Shown here: piece by piece, positions 16,619 through 26,434 of the stretch | Layout of the letters: every line of letters starts with the position of its first letter | Numbering within the stretch: the first letter of the stretch is position 1 | Assembly (NCBI GenBank): GCA_001595785.1 | Contig: LSSJ01000023.1 | Span: 4,870-68,869 of the forward strand | DNA: 64,000 bases | Direction: 5' to 3' | From: Euryarchaeota archaeon SM23-78 | GTDB lineage: Archaea; Nanobdellota; Nanobdellia; Woesearchaeales; SM23-78 | Notes under the pieces: model-generated | Told to the model about the DNA's origin: nothing | The model's database searches: none | What the model saw: only the letters and a program-made list of their open reading frames with translations | Position numbers and translations under genes: made by a program

Positions 16619-16852
16619 TGGACCAGGAGGGACATTCAGAAAAACAGCGTTCTCCAGCAACAAGTTGCTGTCCCAGCAAACTTTGCTTGTTTCTGGGCGA
16701 TCCGCGCTGCTCCTCGTTCGAACCCTCGATCCCCAGCTTAGAAGGCTTGCACAATGCTTACACGTAAAGTAAGAGTTTTGGTGCCTTTTCCAGCTTTGCT
16801 GGAAGCTCAAAAGCTCCCTGCTTTTGTTGTATCCAGACTAGGCTACTGGTCC
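16619..16852 (-). tRNA. tRNA-Arg(UCU) interrupted by three introns (D-loop 43 nt, anticodon stem 32 nt, T-loop 84 nt)
   Basis: Hand fold gives exons 16852-16830, 16786-16780, 16747-16717 and 16632-16619. The 75-nt mature form is GGACCAG TA GCCT AGTCTGGATA AGGC A CCAGC CTTCTAA GCTGG GGATC GAGGG TTCGAAT CCCTC CTGGTCC A. All stems are Watson-Crick. Confidence 0.8.
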
Positions 16853-16877
16853 AATAGAAAATATTGATGCAAGTTTG

Positions 16878-16886
16878 TTTATAAAA
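16878..16886 (-). promoter_or_regulatory. TATA box (TTTTATAAA on the minus strand) about 26 nt upstream of the tRNA-Arg 5' end
   Basis: Read directly. The spacing matches that seen at the other tRNA genes. Confidence 0.5.
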
Positions 16887-16894
16887 CTTTTTGC

Positions 16895-18331
16895 TCAAAG
16901 CCTCAACTTATTAGCAAATATCACAAGTAAGAAGTATACAGGGGATGCTAGTACTAGCAAGACCAAGGCTAAGATTTTGAACAGGTTTATAAGGCCATAG
17001 GCCTGGGCAAACCAGGAGCCAACAGGAATTAAGACTACAAAAGGACCAATAACTGCTATGCTTAGAGCTGCGAAGTATAGTTTTCTCTGTTGTTCTGAGA
17101 GTAGTTTCCTAACAAGCAAGCCTTGACCCATGCCTAGAATAGCTGCTCCTAGCACAGAGAGAGCGTTTGCTACAGTTATGCTTATAAAGTGAGGGTTATA
17201 AGCAGCTACTATCGGCATCATAGCGAGCAGCAAGGTTCCAAATACAAGGGTTGGGGCTAATCCTACTTTCTTATTAAGAGATTTTGAGAATGCTGGTCCT
17301 AGAAAGGAGATTATGATAGCAATGGAAAAGATTAGTGCTATGTTCATAAATCCTCCTAAAGCTATTAGTCTAAACTTGTTATATATAAATATTCCATAAT
17401 AAGAATTACCCAGGATTTGCACCAGTCCTGTTATTGAACTAGCAAATAATAAGGTTACCAGATACTTATTCTTAAGAAATCTCTTGGTTTGCTCTCTAAT
17501 CTTGTAATGATAATTGCTTATAAAGCCTTTTATCTTAGTAACCTCAATTTTTTTCTCTTTTACATAGTGCAACACATAGCCTGAGAGAATAAAGGCTATT
17601 GCTGTTATCTCAAAAGCTAACAGATAACCATAGACTGGTATGCTTCTTCCAAGCAAAGAGACCTTGACAGCGTTTATCATAGGGAACTTGTCAAACAAAT
17701 AGCCAGCAACTAGAAGAGATGCTCCTGTTATTAAAACTCCGTAGTGCGATATTCTAAGCAGAAACCTGCTCATCTTTTCCTTTTTTAAAGTTCTCTCCAC
17801 AAGCTGGTTATATAAATCACCATACGTTACCACGCCCACACTACCAACAAGGAGTGCAACTGAGAACAAGGGCAGTGATAACTGAGGTAATGAATTTCTA
17901 ATAGCAATAGCAAAGGCTATGAACAAGAAACTAATACCAAACAGAATGCCTGCTTTGCTCATGAACCTCTTGCTTATCTCTCTTGCCCTAGAGTATTCCT
18001 GTAAAAAAGATGATATGACTAAGGAGAGTATGGTTTTTAAGCCATTAATAATTCCTATTAAAAAGAAGCCGGCTCCTGTGAGGTAGAACAAGATATTGAT
18101 GAACTGAACACTTGCAAAACCATAACCCACACGGTCAAGAATCTCTTTAATGGTAAAGAGCCTGATATTCTTTTTCTCATACTGGCTTCTCTCCGTACCT
18201 TTAAACCTTTGAATAGCATCCATAACCTCCTCTTCTAAAAAGCCTCTGCTCACCAAGTCACTCCTAACATCATCAATGGTTCTCTTCTCTTCAAAAGCCT
18301 GTCTAACCTTCTCTAAGAGTTCTTTACTCAT
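16895..18331 (-). CDS. Polytopic membrane protein, MFS-transporter-like, with an N-terminal soluble helical domain
   Basis: About 12 hydrophobic segments follow a 70-aa polar N-terminus. No diagnostic motif was verified. Confidence 0.45.
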   Translation of the reverse strand: MSKELLEKVRQAFEEKRTIDDVRSDLVSRGFLEEEVMDAIQRFKGTERSQYEKKNIRLFTIKEILDRVGYGFASVQFINILFYLTGAGFFLIGIINGLKTILSLVISSFLQEYSRAREISKRFMSKAGILFGISFLFIAFAIAIRNSLPQLSLPLFSVALLVGSVGVVTYGDLYNQLVERTLKKEKMSRFLLRISHYGVLITGASLLVAGYLFDKFPMINAVKVSLLGRSIPVYGYLLAFEITAIAFILSGYVLHYVKEKKIEVTKIKGFISNYHYKIREQTKRFLKNKYLVTLLFASSITGLVQILGNSYYGIFIYNKFRLIALGGFMNIALIFSIAIIISFLGPAFSKSLNKKVGLAPTLVFGTLLLAMMPIVAAYNPHFISITVANALSVLGAAILGMGQGLLVRKLLSEQQRKLYFAALSIAVIGPFVVLIPVGSWFAQAYGLINLFKILALVLLVLASPVYFLLVIFANKLRL

Positions 18332-18432
18332 AACAAAAACTCTTGATACAGAGGTTTATAAATTTATTGGCTATTGATAAAAAAGATAAAAATCAAAAAC
18401 TATTTATATCCCCAAACAGTATTTTCTATTTA

Positions 18433-19698
18433 ATGAGCAAAATAACCTTTGCTTTTAAAAGGCTCACAAAAAAGAGGGTTGGCAGGCTTGATAAGAAGTG
18501 GGATTTTGATGCACAGAGTGCCATAAGTAGTGCTCCTCTTGTAGCAGATATTGATGGAGATAATAAGAAAGAAATAATCTTTGGCACCAAGAAAGGTAGG
18601 TTGTATGTGCTTGACATGTCTGCTGGTATAAAATGGTTCTATGACTCTGTAGAGAAGGTTGATGAGGTAGAACTCATGTTTCTTGATGTTGAGAATGTTG
18701 GTAGTATAGAAGCACCTCCTAATGTAGGTGATATCAATGGTGATGGCAAGCATGAAGTGGTTTTTGGAACAGAATTAGGCATGGTCTATGTGCTTGATGA
18801 CAAGGGCAAACTAGTATGGAAGTACAAGGCAGGAGGACCTATCAGAGGCCAAATCTTATTGTATGACTTATACGGGGATGATGATGTCAAAGTTATCTTT
18901 GGATGTGGAGATAAAAAGCTTTATGTGCTTAACAGCAAGGGTAAATTAGTATGGAAGTTTGATGCTGGCAGCCCTGTTCAGAGCACTCCTGGTATTCTGC
19001 ATAAAGATGAGCCTAAAATTATCTTTGGTGCTGATAATGGCAGTATTTTCTGTATTAACAAAAAAGGAGATACTGTGTGGAAGTATAAAACCAAGGATAA
19101 AGTGTTTGCACAGCCAAGTGTTGGAAAACTCTTTAATGATGACCGTTTATTCGTGGTTATTGGGAGCAGTGATCACTACTTATATGTGCTTGATGACGCG
19201 GGTGAGTTACTTTGGAATTACAAGACTCAGGGTGCTATTCTTGCAAAGGCTTGCCTGGCTGACCTTAATAATGATAAAAAGCTGGAGATTGTTTTTGGGA
19301 GTTGTGATAATAATGTTTATGCCCTCACCCCTTACGGTGACAAGCTCTGGAGTTATGAGACCGATTTCTGGGTTGCTAGTGAGCCAATAGTAGAGGATAT
19401 TGATGGTGATGGGAAAAAAGAGGTTGTTATTGGCAGCTATGACCATAATGTTTATGTGCTTGACTCAGAGGGTAGCTATGTACTTGATTATGTGCCCGGT
19501 CTTAGCGGCGTTATGCACCAGGCAGGACACTATACTGATATAATTACCCAGGAGCCTGGAAAGGTGGCTGGTAAAAAGATATGGCAGTTCAGAACTGACG
19601 GAGTGATTGTGGGTTGCGCCTATATACCTGATGACAAGAGTATTGTGGTAAGCACCAAGCCCGGCAAGGTGGATGATGTTGTGCATAGGAAAGAGTAA
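18433..19698 (+). CDS. Beta-propeller repeat protein (PQQ-like/FG-GAP-like repeats)
   Basis: Repeated units of the form ..DIDGDGKKEVVFG...G.VYVLD..GK.VWKY. The ATG at 18433 is preferred over the TTG at 18343. Confidence 0.65.
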   Translation: MSKITFAFKRLTKKRVGRLDKKWDFDAQSAISSAPLVADIDGDNKKEIIFGTKKGRLYVLDMSAGIKWFYDSVEKVDEVELMFLDVENVGSIEAPPNVGDINGDGKHEVVFGTELGMVYVLDDKGKLVWKYKAGGPIRGQILLYDLYGDDDVKVIFGCGDKKLYVLNSKGKLVWKFDAGSPVQSTPGILHKDEPKIIFGADNGSIFCINKKGDTVWKYKTKDKVFAQPSVGKLFNDDRLFVVIGSSDHYLYVLDDAGELLWNYKTQGAILAKACLADLNNDKKLEIVFGSCDNNVYALTPYGDKLWSYETDFWVASEPIVEDIDGDGKKEVVIGSYDHNVYVLDSEGSYVLDYVPGLSGVMHQAGHYTDIITQEPGKVAGKKIWQFRTDGVIVGCAYIPDDKSIVVSTKPGKVDDVVHRKE

Positions 19699-19788
19699 CT
19701 GTTTTTAAGAGGAAAATTTAAAAAAACAAAAGATTTATAATACTAAAGGAACAAACATTATTAAGAAAAAAGAGGTGTACTGGTTAAA

Positions 19789-20601
19789 GTGATAAACATA
19801 GATTCTGGAAATAAGGAGCTAAAGAGGATACCTCTATATATACAGGGCTTAGACGAGAATATTCAGGGTGGTGTGCCTGAAGGCCATATCACTCTTATTA
19901 GTGGAAGCGCAGGAACCATGAAGTCTTCTCTAGCCTTTAATGTACTCTACCACGAGGCTTTAAAAGGCAAGATTTGTGTTTATTGTTCTCTTGAACAATC
20001 CTATAAATCCCTTATCAAGCAAATGATTAATATGAACTTTGATATGACTAAGGCAAGCCTGGTTATTATTAATGACTTGGCAGAGCTCAGAACAGTTATT
20101 AGTAAGCTAAAGAGTAAAGGAGGCGGTGGTTTAGTAATGGTCGATATGGGATGTATTAGAAAGGAGATAAAGGATGTCAAGACAGCTGATAATAAGAGCT
20201 GGCTTAATGTTATTAAGAATGTGATTAAGAGGATAAAAGAAGAGGCTAACTGTAACTTATTTTGCCTTGACTCTCTAAGTGCTCTTTACGTTCTTTCAAG
20301 GTTTGAGAATCCTAGGATTGAACTGTTCTACTTGTTCGAGTTCTTAAGGGACCTGGATGTTACTTCTTTTCTAATATCTGAATCTCAGCCTCAGAGTAGC
20401 AGGTATAGTGAGTTTGAGATAGAAGAATTCTTGTGCGATGCAATTATTCACTTAAGGCTCACTCCTTTTAGAAGGAATGTTGTAAGAGAGATTAGTGTTG
20501 TAAAGATGAGGTCAACCGCTTGTAATAATGATATTTTCTCATTAGAATTCAAGCATAGTAGATTCCAAGCCATGTATGGAGGGCAGAATCCATTGCTATA
20601 A
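19789..20601 (+). CDS. KaiC/RecA-superfamily ATPase-like protein with a degenerate Walker A
   Basis: GGVPEGHITLISGSAGTMKSSLA (Met where the P-loop Gly is expected) and a Walker B-like LFCLDSLS. GTG start. Confidence 0.6.
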   Translation: MINIDSGNKELKRIPLYIQGLDENIQGGVPEGHITLISGSAGTMKSSLAFNVLYHEALKGKICVYCSLEQSYKSLIKQMINMNFDMTKASLVIINDLAELRTVISKLKSKGGGGLVMVDMGCIRKEIKDVKTADNKSWLNVIKNVIKRIKEEANCNLFCLDSLSALYVLSRFENPRIELFYLFEFLRDLDVTSFLISESQPQSSRYSEFEIEEFLCDAIIHLRLTPFRRNVVREISVVKMRSTACNNDIFSLEFKHSRFQAMYGGQNPLL

Positions 20602-21045
20602 ACTTAATCTATTATTTTGTTTGCTCTTATTCTTATAATCCTGAAATTCCTTGTAGACTCTTCTATAAACAGGATTAAACCAGTGCATGAATCTCATATA
20701 ACGGGTAAGTTCAAAGTCAAAGAGATATTTTTTTGCTTCCTCTGAACCAGAAGGGATTATCAAAGCTTCATTTTCATCAGAGCCACTATTTTGAGGGGCT
20801 AATTCAATAATGTTTCTATTGTTATCAACATTCCAATAACGGATTGCATCCAGAAATTTATCTCTATCCCTAGGCATCTCTTCAAGCCCATTAGACAGAT
20901 AGTATCCTCCTCGAACAGGATAGTTTAATTCTTTTTTTACAATAAAAGAGGTTATTTCAGAATAACCGTTTATATAACCTTCATACCTATGGTCTAAAAA
21001 GCTTTTTATTTCAAGTAAGTCTGATAGCTCCTTTGTTCTGTTCAT
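20596..21045 (-). CDS. Hypothetical protein (149 aa)
   Basis: Track ORF fills the gap with typical coding composition. No motif recognised. Confidence 0.45.
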   Translation of the reverse strand: MNRTKELSDLLEIKSFLDHRYEGYINGYSEITSFIVKKELNYPVRGGYYLSNGLEEMPRDRDKFLDAIRYWNVDNNRNIIELAPQNSGSDENEALIIPSGSEEAKKYLFDFELTRYMRFMHWFNPVYRRVYKEFQDYKNKSKQNNRLSL

Positions 21046-21141
21046 AGCTTAAAGAGATGTATCTCTTTATTTAAAAAATTATTGGATAGAACCAAAAATC
21101 ACAACTTATTTATAAGCATCTTCTCCTCTTTCTAGACTATT

Positions 21142-23061
21142 ATGTGCGGGATTGTTGGTTTTAACTGGGAGGATAAGAGCCTTGCTCGTAGGATGAGCGA
21201 TGCCATTACTCATAGAGGCCCTGATGACAGTGCTTTTTTCAGTGACAAAAGCCTAACCCTTGGTATGAGGAGGCTGAGCATCATTGACCTTACCAAAGGC
21301 ATTTATCCCTTGACAAACGAGGACGAGGATATCTTCTTAATCTTTAATGGTGAGATATACAATTTTCAAAAATTAAGAGCCCTGCTGGAAAGTAAAGGGC
21401 ATGAGTTCAAGACTAACTGTGACGGAGAAGTAATGGTTCATGCTTATGAAGAGTATGGAGAAAATTTTCTTAAGTTTATGAACGGCATGTTTGCTGTTTG
21501 TATATATGATGCAAATAACAAAGAACTGATTCTTGCAAGGGACAGGGTTGGTATCAAGCCTTTGTACTATTATTTTGAAAACGGAAACCTGGTTTTTGCC
21601 AGTGAGATTAAGAGCATATTAAAGCTGAGCACTATAAAAAGAGAAATCAACGTAAAGGCTCTTAATGCTTACTTTGCTCTTCGCTATAATCCCCTTTATG
21701 AGAGCTTGTTCAAAGGTATAAAAAAGCTTAGACCTGGTCATTTCATAAGGTTTAATCTAAAAGAGAAGAGCCTAATTGTTAGCAAGTACTGGAATGTTAA
21801 TCTCGAGAAGCAAAGTAATAAGAGTCTTGGATTTTATGAAAAAAAGCTTTTTGAATTATTAAAGGACTCTGTTAAGAAAAGGCTTATCAGTGATGTTCCT
21901 CTTGGTGCTTATCTAAGCGGAGGTCTTGACAGCAGTGCTATTGTGCTTATGATGAATCTTATAAGAGAAGAGGAAAAAAGCAATGCTCCTATCAGGACTT
22001 ACAGCGTGGGTTTTCTTCATGGAGAAAAGGTTAATGAGACTGTGTATGCAAAGCAGATAAGCGAGCTTTTTGGAACAAAGCACCAGGAATTCCTAATAGA
22101 GCCTGATGTTGTCAAACTCTTACCCCAAATCGTGTGGCACACTGATGAGCCAATGGCAGACCCTGCACTTATCCCTGTTCTTCTCTTATCAGAGGCTGCT
22201 AAGAAGACCTCTACTGTTATACTAACAGGTGATGGTGGGGATGAAATCTTTGCTGGCTATGACCAATACAGAATATTAAAAGCAACTAATGCTACTAGCA
22301 AGATTCCTTTGTTTAATGTTTTTGGTCCTATTATTAACAGAAGTATTCCTCTTAAAATATGGGATAAATTCTATAAATACTCCTCTGATCTTGGCAAGGC
22401 TGCTTATAAAAGAGGTAACATGGTAATTAAGGATATGAAAAAGAACAAAGCCAAGGCTTACTATGATCTTGTGGGTATGTTTGATGATGATGAGAGAAGA
22501 AACTTACTTAGGAGAGGGTGTTATCAAAAAATTAACTATAATAACATAAATAAAGAGTTTTTTAACAAGAAAAGAGATTATATGAAGCAATTACAATTCT
22601 TTGATTTTAAAAAACTGCTTGGCGAGAGTTTTCTTATGAAAACTGACCGTATGACCATGGCTAAGAGCATAGAAGCAAGAGTGCCTTTACTTGACCACAG
22701 AATTGTTGAGCTTGCTTTTAGAATGCCAAGCAAATACAAACTTAAAGGATTCTTTACCACCAAGTATATTTTTAAAAGAGCACTACGAAAACATCTGCCT
22801 AAGAACATTGTTGAGAGAAAGAAGCAGACCTTTCATGTGCCTATTGAGAACTGGCTGAACAAGGAGTTAAAAAGCATAGTAAGCGACCTGTTAAGCCCAA
22901 CTAAACTCTACAAGGAAGGCATTCTTGACCCACATTATGTTAAGAAGATTATTGAAAACTATAACAAGGGAAAACTGTTTTATGCAAGGCAGCTCTGGAC
23001 ATTGCTCAACTTTGAATTGTGGCATAGGAAGTTTATAAAGAGGGAAGAGGTTAAGTTGTAA
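21142..23061 (+). CDS. asnB: Asparagine synthase (glutamine-hydrolysing)
   Basis: MCGIVGF Ntn nucleophile, GLDSS PP-loop (SGGLDSSAI); 639 aa. Confidence 0.9.
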   Translation: MCGIVGFNWEDKSLARRMSDAITHRGPDDSAFFSDKSLTLGMRRLSIIDLTKGIYPLTNEDEDIFLIFNGEIYNFQKLRALLESKGHEFKTNCDGEVMVHAYEEYGENFLKFMNGMFAVCIYDANNKELILARDRVGIKPLYYYFENGNLVFASEIKSILKLSTIKREINVKALNAYFALRYNPLYESLFKGIKKLRPGHFIRFNLKEKSLIVSKYWNVNLEKQSNKSLGFYEKKLFELLKDSVKKRLISDVPLGAYLSGGLDSSAIVLMMNLIREEEKSNAPIRTYSVGFLHGEKVNETVYAKQISELFGTKHQEFLIEPDVVKLLPQIVWHTDEPMADPALIPVLLLSEAAKKTSTVILTGDGGDEIFAGYDQYRILKATNATSKIPLFNVFGPIINRSIPLKIWDKFYKYSSDLGKAAYKRGNMVIKDMKKNKAKAYYDLVGMFDDDERRNLLRRGCYQKINYNNINKEFFNKKRDYMKQLQFFDFKKLLGESFLMKTDRMTMAKSIEARVPLLDHRIVELAFRMPSKYKLKGFFTTKYIFKRALRKHLPKNIVERKKQTFHVPIENWLNKELKSIVSDLLSPTKLYKEGILDPHYVKKIIENYNKGKLFYARQLWTLLNFELWHRKFIKREEVKL

Positions 23062-23137
23062 AACTAGGTAAGCCAATCCGGCGTTTGAGGACCTATGAAA
23101 GTTTAAGTTTAAATTAAGAATATAAAAAATAATAACT

Positions 23138-23791
23138 GTGCTCGCGAGAAGGAAAATGAAATCTGAGAAAGAAGTCTTTGAAAAAATTTATGAAGAGCCA
23201 GGAGCTGTTTGGACTAGAGAAGTGCCACAGCAGGGCTTGGTTGAGTTAGTTGAGAAAAAAATAATCAAGCCTTGTAAGGCCATTGATATTGGGTGTGGTG
23301 AAGGAACTGACAGTATATGCTTAGCCAGTAAAGGCTTTGATGTGACTGGTATTGATTTCTCAGAAAAAGCAATAGGGTATGCAAAAGAAAATGCAGCTAA
23401 AAAAGGTGTTAACATCAACTTCATTGTATTGGACATTGATAAATTGTCACAAATAAAAGAAAAATTTGACTTTGTTTTAGAATTTGGGTTCCTCCACCAT
23501 GTGGCTTTTGAGAAGAGGAAGAAATATGTTCAGGATGTTGCAAATCTGCTAAAACCAGGAGGAAAATACCTATCTGCTTGTTTTAATGAGCAAAGCCCTG
23601 ATTTTGATGAAAAAGGAAAAAAGATAAGAAAAAGTCCTGTGGGAACAACAATTTATTATTCATCAATAGATGAATTAAAACAACTCTTTGAACCATATTT
23701 TAATATAATTGAAGCTAAAATAATTGAGATGAAAGGGGGAGGCAAAGGAGGCTTCCCTCATATTGGTAATTATTTTTTCATGGAAAAATGA
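23138..23791 (+). CDS. Class I SAM-dependent methyltransferase
   Basis: AIDIGCGEGTDS motif I and LKPGGKYL. The start is either GTG 23138 or ATG 23153. Confidence 0.7.
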   Translation: MLARRKMKSEKEVFEKIYEEPGAVWTREVPQQGLVELVEKKIIKPCKAIDIGCGEGTDSICLASKGFDVTGIDFSEKAIGYAKENAAKKGVNINFIVLDIDKLSQIKEKFDFVLEFGFLHHVAFEKRKKYVQDVANLLKPGGKYLSACFNEQSPDFDEKGKKIRKSPVGTTIYYSSIDELKQLFEPYFNIIEAKIIEMKGGGKGGFPHIGNYFFMEK

Positions 23792-24486
23792 AAAAGAACC
23801 CTTACAGAAACAAGAAAATCTTCTTTGTAATCCCTGCTTATAATGAGGAGAAGAGTATTGGCAGGGTTATTAAGGAACTAAAAAGAGCTGGTTATAAGTT
23901 CATTGTTGTAATTGATGATGGTAGTAAGGATAATACTTATAAGGAGGCTAATAAGAAAAAGGTCTTTGTGCTTAGGCACATTATTAATCGTGGCCAAGGG
24001 GCCGCTCTTAGAACAGGCATTGAGTTTGCCCTTAAAAAAGGGGCTGAGTATATTGTGACTTTTGATAGTGATGGCCAGCACAGAGTAGAGGACTTGCCCT
24101 CAATGCTAAAGCCTGTTGTCAGTGGAAAGGTTGATGTTACTCTTGGCTCAAGATTCTTGAGAAAAACCAAAATGCCTTTTGGCAGGCGTTTCTTATTAAA
24201 AGGGTCTGTGCTTGTACAATGGTTTTTTTATGGTGTGAAACTGAGTGATGCTCATAATGGTTTTAGAGTGATGAATAGAGGGGCTGCTAAGAAGATAAGG
24301 ATTGAGTCTGACAGGATGGAGCATGCCTCTGAGATAGTAGAAGAGATAGCAAAAAAGAAGATAAAGTATAAAGAGGTGCCTGTGACTATTAGGTACACTG
24401 GTTATTCTATGAGAAAAGGAGAGGGCTCGTTCTTTGGGGCGTTAAAGATATTGTTTAAGATGGTGATGAGAAGACTCATCCACTAG
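23788..24486 (+). CDS. Family 2 glycosyltransferase (dolichyl-phosphate sugar transferase-like)
   Basis: VIPAYNEE, VVIDDGSKDNT, FDSDGQH. ATGA overlap with the upstream gene. Confidence 0.8.
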   Translation: MKKNPYRNKKIFFVIPAYNEEKSIGRVIKELKRAGYKFIVVIDDGSKDNTYKEANKKKVFVLRHIINRGQGAALRTGIEFALKKGAEYIVTFDSDGQHRVEDLPSMLKPVVSGKVDVTLGSRFLRKTKMPFGRRFLLKGSVLVQWFFYGVKLSDAHNGFRVMNRGAAKKIRIESDRMEHASEIVEEIAKKKIKYKEVPVTIRYTGYSMRKGEGSFFGALKILFKMVMRRLIH

Positions 24487-24523
24487 AAAATTTTATATAC
24501 CACGCCTTATTCCTCACTACTCA

Positions 24524-25246
24524 ATGAAGAATCCTTTAACATTAGAAGAAAGAAACACTGTGCCTAGGTTAATAGGTCATGACCTTGCAAAACAGGTTTA
24601 TACATTAAGTCAAATTACAGACAAAGAAGTGAAAAAAAATCCAGATATAAAAAACCATATAACTGAGCATATAATGTCTTTTTTCTCTTCTATTACAATC
24701 CTAACACAATATGATGAAAGATGTTCCCTTTTTAAAAGAAACAAAAACGATATAAAATCTAAATTAAGAATAATAAGCGCTGTATCTGATAAAAACAAAA
24801 CCAAAATCTCCTATGCCGTCCAACTTGATGATAAGTTATGGTTCAATACTCGTATAGGTTTAGTTTATAGCGTGCTCTATAACCTAACAAAAAACAGCAT
24901 TAGCCATGGCTTAGATTGGGGAGAAAAGAAAAATGGAAGGGTTCACCTAAGCGCGTCTGAATTCAAGTTTTCAAAAGATATTTCTAATCTTGTGTTTATC
25001 TCTGATGAAAAAGGTTTAGATGGGCATTTTATCAGGTTTAATGTTAATGACAATGGCGTCGGTTTTCCCAAAGATAAACCTCTCTCAGATTACTTAAAAC
25101 TAGGGATGACTGGCAGTAAATCAGGCATTGGTTTTGGATTGTATTATGTGACTTTAGTATGCAAGTTTCTTAGAAGTCATATGAGTATCGATTCAAAAAA
25201 AGGAGATACTAATGTTTCTATTTATCATCCTTTAAATTTAAAATAA
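24524..25246 (+). CDS. Minimal cytoplasmic histidine-kinase-like protein (H-box plus HATPase_c)
   Basis: LIGHDLAKQV H-box, N-box NLTKNSISHG, G1 DNGVGFP, G2 GIGFGLY. No TM or sensor domain. Confidence 0.65.
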   Translation: MKNPLTLEERNTVPRLIGHDLAKQVYTLSQITDKEVKKNPDIKNHITEHIMSFFSSITILTQYDERCSLFKRNKNDIKSKLRIISAVSDKNKTKISYAVQLDDKLWFNTRIGLVYSVLYNLTKNSISHGLDWGEKKNGRVHLSASEFKFSKDISNLVFISDEKGLDGHFIRFNVNDNGVGFPKDKPLSDYLKLGMTGSKSGIGFGLYYVTLVCKFLRSHMSIDSKKGDTNVSIYHPLNLK

Positions 25247-26332
25247 TGCACCAAAATGCTTTATTCCATACTTCATTATTTTTGGTTTTTTCAGTGCAAC
25301 ACTTAGTAATAATTGAAATAATTTATCTCTACTCACTTTTTGCAACATTTTTTTTGCTTCCTTAGTTTTCAAATCCTTTACTAGTTGGTTCCATTCTGTT
25401 TTTGTAAATGAATCCATTAGCTTCCTCATCTCAAGGTGCAACCATAAACTTGGGTATAAGTGCAGATATATTCCTGCTTCGTAGCTCAGATTATTATTTA
25501 TGCTATGCGCCAGTATCTCTGCTGATTTAAGTCCAGGAACAAGTCCTCCCCCTGTTGTTGCTTTTACAAAGCCAGCAGCATCTCCTGCTAAGAAGATGTT
25601 TTCTTTGCTAATACTGGACCAAGGATCAAAGAGAGGTACTAGTCCTCCTTGCTTTGCAAGTATCTTTCCTTTATATTTTTTTAATAATTTTTTTAACTTT
25701 TCATTGCAACCCTTTGGGTTGGTTCTGGATGCAACCCCTATCCTTAAAGTATTTCTATCCTCTGGAACTACCCATGCAAAGCCTTGTTTTAAAGGATAGA
25801 AATCTATAATGTTGTTGTTCTTCTTTTTTATAATCGCTTGTAATCCTATAAAGTAATTTCTCTTTTTGATTATCCTTGTGTTCTTAGCAACTGCACTTAG
25901 AGGGCCATCTGCTCCTATGAGATAATCATATTTAACCCTTTTGATTTCCTTTGTTTTTAAGTCCATGACTGATAAACTGTTCTTATTCAGCGAGATAAAC
26001 CTGTGGTTAAAAACAAACTTTACTCCTTTCTTTTTTGCTTGTTTGTAAAAGTAAGTGTCAAACTTCTGTCTGTCTATGATTAAGTCTGGTTTTTCTAATT
26101 TTAGTTTAATATGCTTGTTGTTAGGCGCATATATTCTTACATCACCCACTTGGTTAATGACAAAGTTATTCTTTTTAGGAACAAACTTATATATTTCCTG
26201 GGTTACTATGCCTGTGCACTGGATTGGAAGCCCTACACTTCTGTGCTCTTCAAACACTGTTACTTCAAACTCTTCAGCCAAAAGGCTAGCAAGATAGCAT
26301 CCTACAGGTCCTGCTCCGATTATAACTATCAT
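25238..26332 (-). CDS. Geranylgeranyl reductase family flavoprotein
   Basis: MIVIIGAGPVGCYLA dinucleotide fold, GADG, LAGDAAGFVKATTGGG. Confidence 0.8.
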   Translation of the reverse strand: MIVIIGAGPVGCYLASLLAEEFEVTVFEEHRSVGLPIQCTGIVTQEIYKFVPKKNNFVINQVGDVRIYAPNNKHIKLKLEKPDLIIDRQKFDTYFYKQAKKKGVKFVFNHRFISLNKNSLSVMDLKTKEIKRVKYDYLIGADGPLSAVAKNTRIIKKRNYFIGLQAIIKKKNNNIIDFYPLKQGFAWVVPEDRNTLRIGVASRTNPKGCNEKLKKLLKKYKGKILAKQGGLVPLFDPWSSISKENIFLAGDAAGFVKATTGGGLVPGLKSAEILAHSINNNLSYEAGIYLHLYPSLWLHLEMRKLMDSFTKTEWNQLVKDLKTKEAKKMLQKVSRDKLFQLLLSVALKKPKIMKYGIKHFGALF

Positions 26333-26434
26333 TGTAAGAAAAGAAAATAAGAATAGTTTAAATATTTTATTATCACTTCACAGTGGTTAATAAACGAAAG
26401 ATTTATAAATGTTTGTATCTTCCACGACAAAGAA

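Noticed and set aside
16614-16810. N-terminal 47 codons of track ORF 16131-16754, and ORF 16610-16810
   Set aside because: Both are translations of the tRNA-Arg gene and its introns. The membrane-protein CDS starts at the ATG at 16613.
18959-19390. Long alternative-frame or antisense shadow ORFs inside confirmed genes (for example 18959-19390, 38762-39157, 48494-48910, 55261-55641, 56929-57357, 59249-59587, 25500-25799)
   Set aside because: They lie in an alternative frame of, or antisense to, genes that have strong motifs. They have Ser/Leu/Ile-rich low-complexity composition typical of shadow frames, and no start context.
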